64,000 nt of DNA from Phototrophicaceae bacterium (GTDB lineage: Bacteria; Chloroflexota; Anaerolineae; Aggregatilineales; Phototrophicaceae), in NCBI GenBank assembly GCA_965219985.1, contig OZ244801.1:3930302-3994301 (forward strand), in the 5' to 3' direction. A program made the translations under genes and the position numbers. The first letter of the stretch is position 1; every line of letters starts with the position of its first letter. Below, in pieces: positions 62,718 to 64,000 of this stretch. A model generated the notes under the pieces. That model had not been told where the DNA came from, made no database searches, and saw only the letters and a list, made by a program, of their open reading frames with translations.

Positions 62718-63707
62718 ATGATTCGATTGAGGTATTCAGTTAGAAAACACGTTGAACTACACCGATCCTTCTACGTTAGCATAGCGACACTAGTTGGGAT
62801 TAGCGTTGCCATTTTGATATTGGTTGCATTTGTTCAGTTGGGGATTACACATTTTCGATTCGAACCCCGTGGTTATTACACGAATGTCTACACTGAGTTG
62901 TTTGGTGTGTTTTTCAGTGTGTTCGTCTCCGTGATTTTTATTGGCGGATGGACAGAATGGCGATCACGGCGACGACTGAAAGATCAACTGCTTCGAGAAG
63001 TAGGCAGCCGCTCTAACGATATTGCACTGTCTGCAGCAGATCAATTGCATCACAGGCGTTGGGTGATTGGTGAGAAAAGTTTGCTTAAGGGCGAAAGCTT
63101 GGTAGAAGCAAATCTGAAATGGGCGCAATTGCCTGGTGCGAACCTTGAGAATGTAAATTTTCAATCGGCTATTCTCGACGATGCAACATTGATTCGAGCT
63201 AACCTTCAAGGTGCAATCTTGCGCGGGGCGTATCTTCGGCGCGCACGTTTGGCCCGGGCGAAATTACAAGGAGCTTTTATGGATTTTACAATTCTTCACG
63301 GAGCATTCTTAGAACGAGCAGAACTGCAAGGAAACAATCTGCTATTATCGAAATTACAGAATGCAGAGCTACCAGGGGCATGTCTTGAAGGGGCGAAACT
63401 TTGGGCAACTAACCTGGAAGGCGCAAACATGCGAGCGGCTAATCTGAAGAATGCAGATCTACGAGGAGCCTACCTAACAGGAGCAACTTTGCCGAATAAG
63501 GAAAAGCTGGAAGGAACAGTTTTCCCTGACGGTACGACAATTACAGCAGATATTGATTATGAGGAATTGGAGCGATTCACCGACCCTGAACACGGAAGAT
63601 ACGGAGAGGCGTCTAAGGCTGCCAAAGCATTTCGTGAAGAAAAGGGACTCTTTTGGGATGAGGTCACACAGCCATACCGAGTAATCTACAAGCCTGACAT
63701 ATGGTAA
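62718..63707 (+). CDS. Membrane-anchored pentapeptide-repeat protein
   Basis: Two N-terminal TM helices, then about 35 consecutive A(D/N)LxX pentapeptides (ANLENVNFQSAILDDATLIRANLQGAILRGAYLRRARLARAKLQGA...). Clearly AT-rich. Confidence 0.75.
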   Translation: MIRLRYSVRKHVELHRSFYVSIATLVGISVAILILVAFVQLGITHFRFEPRGYYTNVYTELFGVFFSVFVSVIFIGGWTEWRSRRRLKDQLLREVGSRSNDIALSAADQLHHRRWVIGEKSLLKGESLVEANLKWAQLPGANLENVNFQSAILDDATLIRANLQGAILRGAYLRRARLARAKLQGAFMDFTILHGAFLERAELQGNNLLLSKLQNAELPGACLEGAKLWATNLEGANMRAANLKNADLRGAYLTGATLPNKEKLEGTVFPDGTTITADIDYEELERFTDPEHGRYGEASKAAKAFREEKGLFWDEVTQPYRVIYKPDIW

Positions 63708-63872
63708 CGAAAACCCAAATGGAATGCCCTATCCTCCTTTAGTGGCCTCCAGTGTTCCCGAATCGATTCGACGACCGCGCCGCCAGTTGCATTATTGTGC
63801 TGGAGCTTGACTTTTGTCCAGCACCTCGTGAACAAGCCCCACTTGGAGAGGAAATTGGCCATGTCCCAAGTC

Positions 63873-63897
63873 GGGCGACTCACAGAGTCGCCCCTAC
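63873..63897. repeat. REP-like hairpin (gggcgactc-acag-agtcgcccctac)
   Basis: Read directly. Confidence 0.7.
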
Positions 63898-63913
63898 AAA
63901 TCACATACTTTGC

Positions 63914-63937
63914 GGGCGAGCCGAGGCTCGCCCCTAC
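63914..63937. repeat. REP-like hairpin (gggcgagcc-ga-ggctcgcccctac), followed by a degenerate IS-end-like gcgtggtggtgaat
   Basis: The arrangement is the same as at 10040-10090, just outside the IS. Confidence 0.7.
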
Positions 63938-64000
63938 GGATTTCGCGTGGTGGTGAATCAACCCACTATCGTGTGCGACTGCTCGCGCATGTATTGCTGC

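Noticed and set aside
61692-63707. Prophage or integrative element at the right edge
   Set aside because: No integrase, terminase, capsid or tRNA attachment site is visible in the window. Only an HTH-like protein and repeats are present, and the window ends too soon to judge.
1-64000. tRNA, rRNA, tmRNA, riboswitch or CRISPR features
   Set aside because: I inspected the intergenic spacers by eye. The longer ones are 2558-2874, 9916-10077, 13710-13956, 16933-17158, 18488-19082, 25397-25818, 40647-41007, 51606-51939 and 62406-62717. They are explained by repeats or MITEs or show no cloverleaf-like or conserved-leader structure I can recognise. Covariance-model scans (tRNAscan-SE, Infernal/Rfam) would be needed to be sure.

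Overview
This is a 64 kb high-GC bacterial chromosomal segment. Hand counts of single 60-nt lines give about 55-65 % GC in most genes. The gene content and repeat style look Chloroflexota-like, but that assignment is tentative and cannot be verified here. I support about 58 protein genes and found no rRNA, tRNA or CRISPR array by eye.

Gene content, in order:
- An exopolysaccharide and cell-wall block: GT4 glycosyltransferase, priming sugar transferase, PBP2-type transpeptidase, and a YabE-like DUF348-G5-3D protein.
- A znuABC-like metal uptake operon. Its binding protein carries a very long His/Asp/Glu loop built from 51-bp tandem repeats.
- An intact-looking IS1-family element, followed by miscellaneous small enzymes: PhyH, PPOX, SRPBCC, DinB, RsfS, M1 peptidase, ANT(6), UPF0173 and YceI.
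- A 750-aa ITPase(Ham1)-IMPDH-like fusion gene.
- A low-GC type II restriction-modification islet: a gamma-class N6A methyltransferase plus a PLD-family nuclease.
- A CoxD/CoxE/XdhC/MoCF/MocA-type molybdoenzyme maturation cluster with no structural genes in the window.
- A 990-aa MmeI-like type IIG restriction-modification enzyme with a strongly AT-rich internal segment.
- A sugar ABC transporter, a hydrolase and a sulfatase, then xylAB, lutABC and an amino-sugar cluster (nagA, two SIS proteins, GH20).
- A low-GC islet at the right edge with an HTH protein and a membrane pentapeptide-repeat protein.

The window is peppered with three interrelated repeat families:
- GGGCG..CGCCC(CTAC) hairpins.
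- IS1-derived MITEs sharing the IS terminal repeats.
- C-tract/G-tract hairpin modules, one of which sits in-frame inside lutC.

The most unusual items are the Ham1-IMPDH fusion, the mosaic type IIG gene translationally coupled to a polytopic membrane protein, the MITE family, and the intragenic repeat in lutC. I see no clear-cut multi-gene system of a completely new kind. The candidates are flagged as hypotheses.
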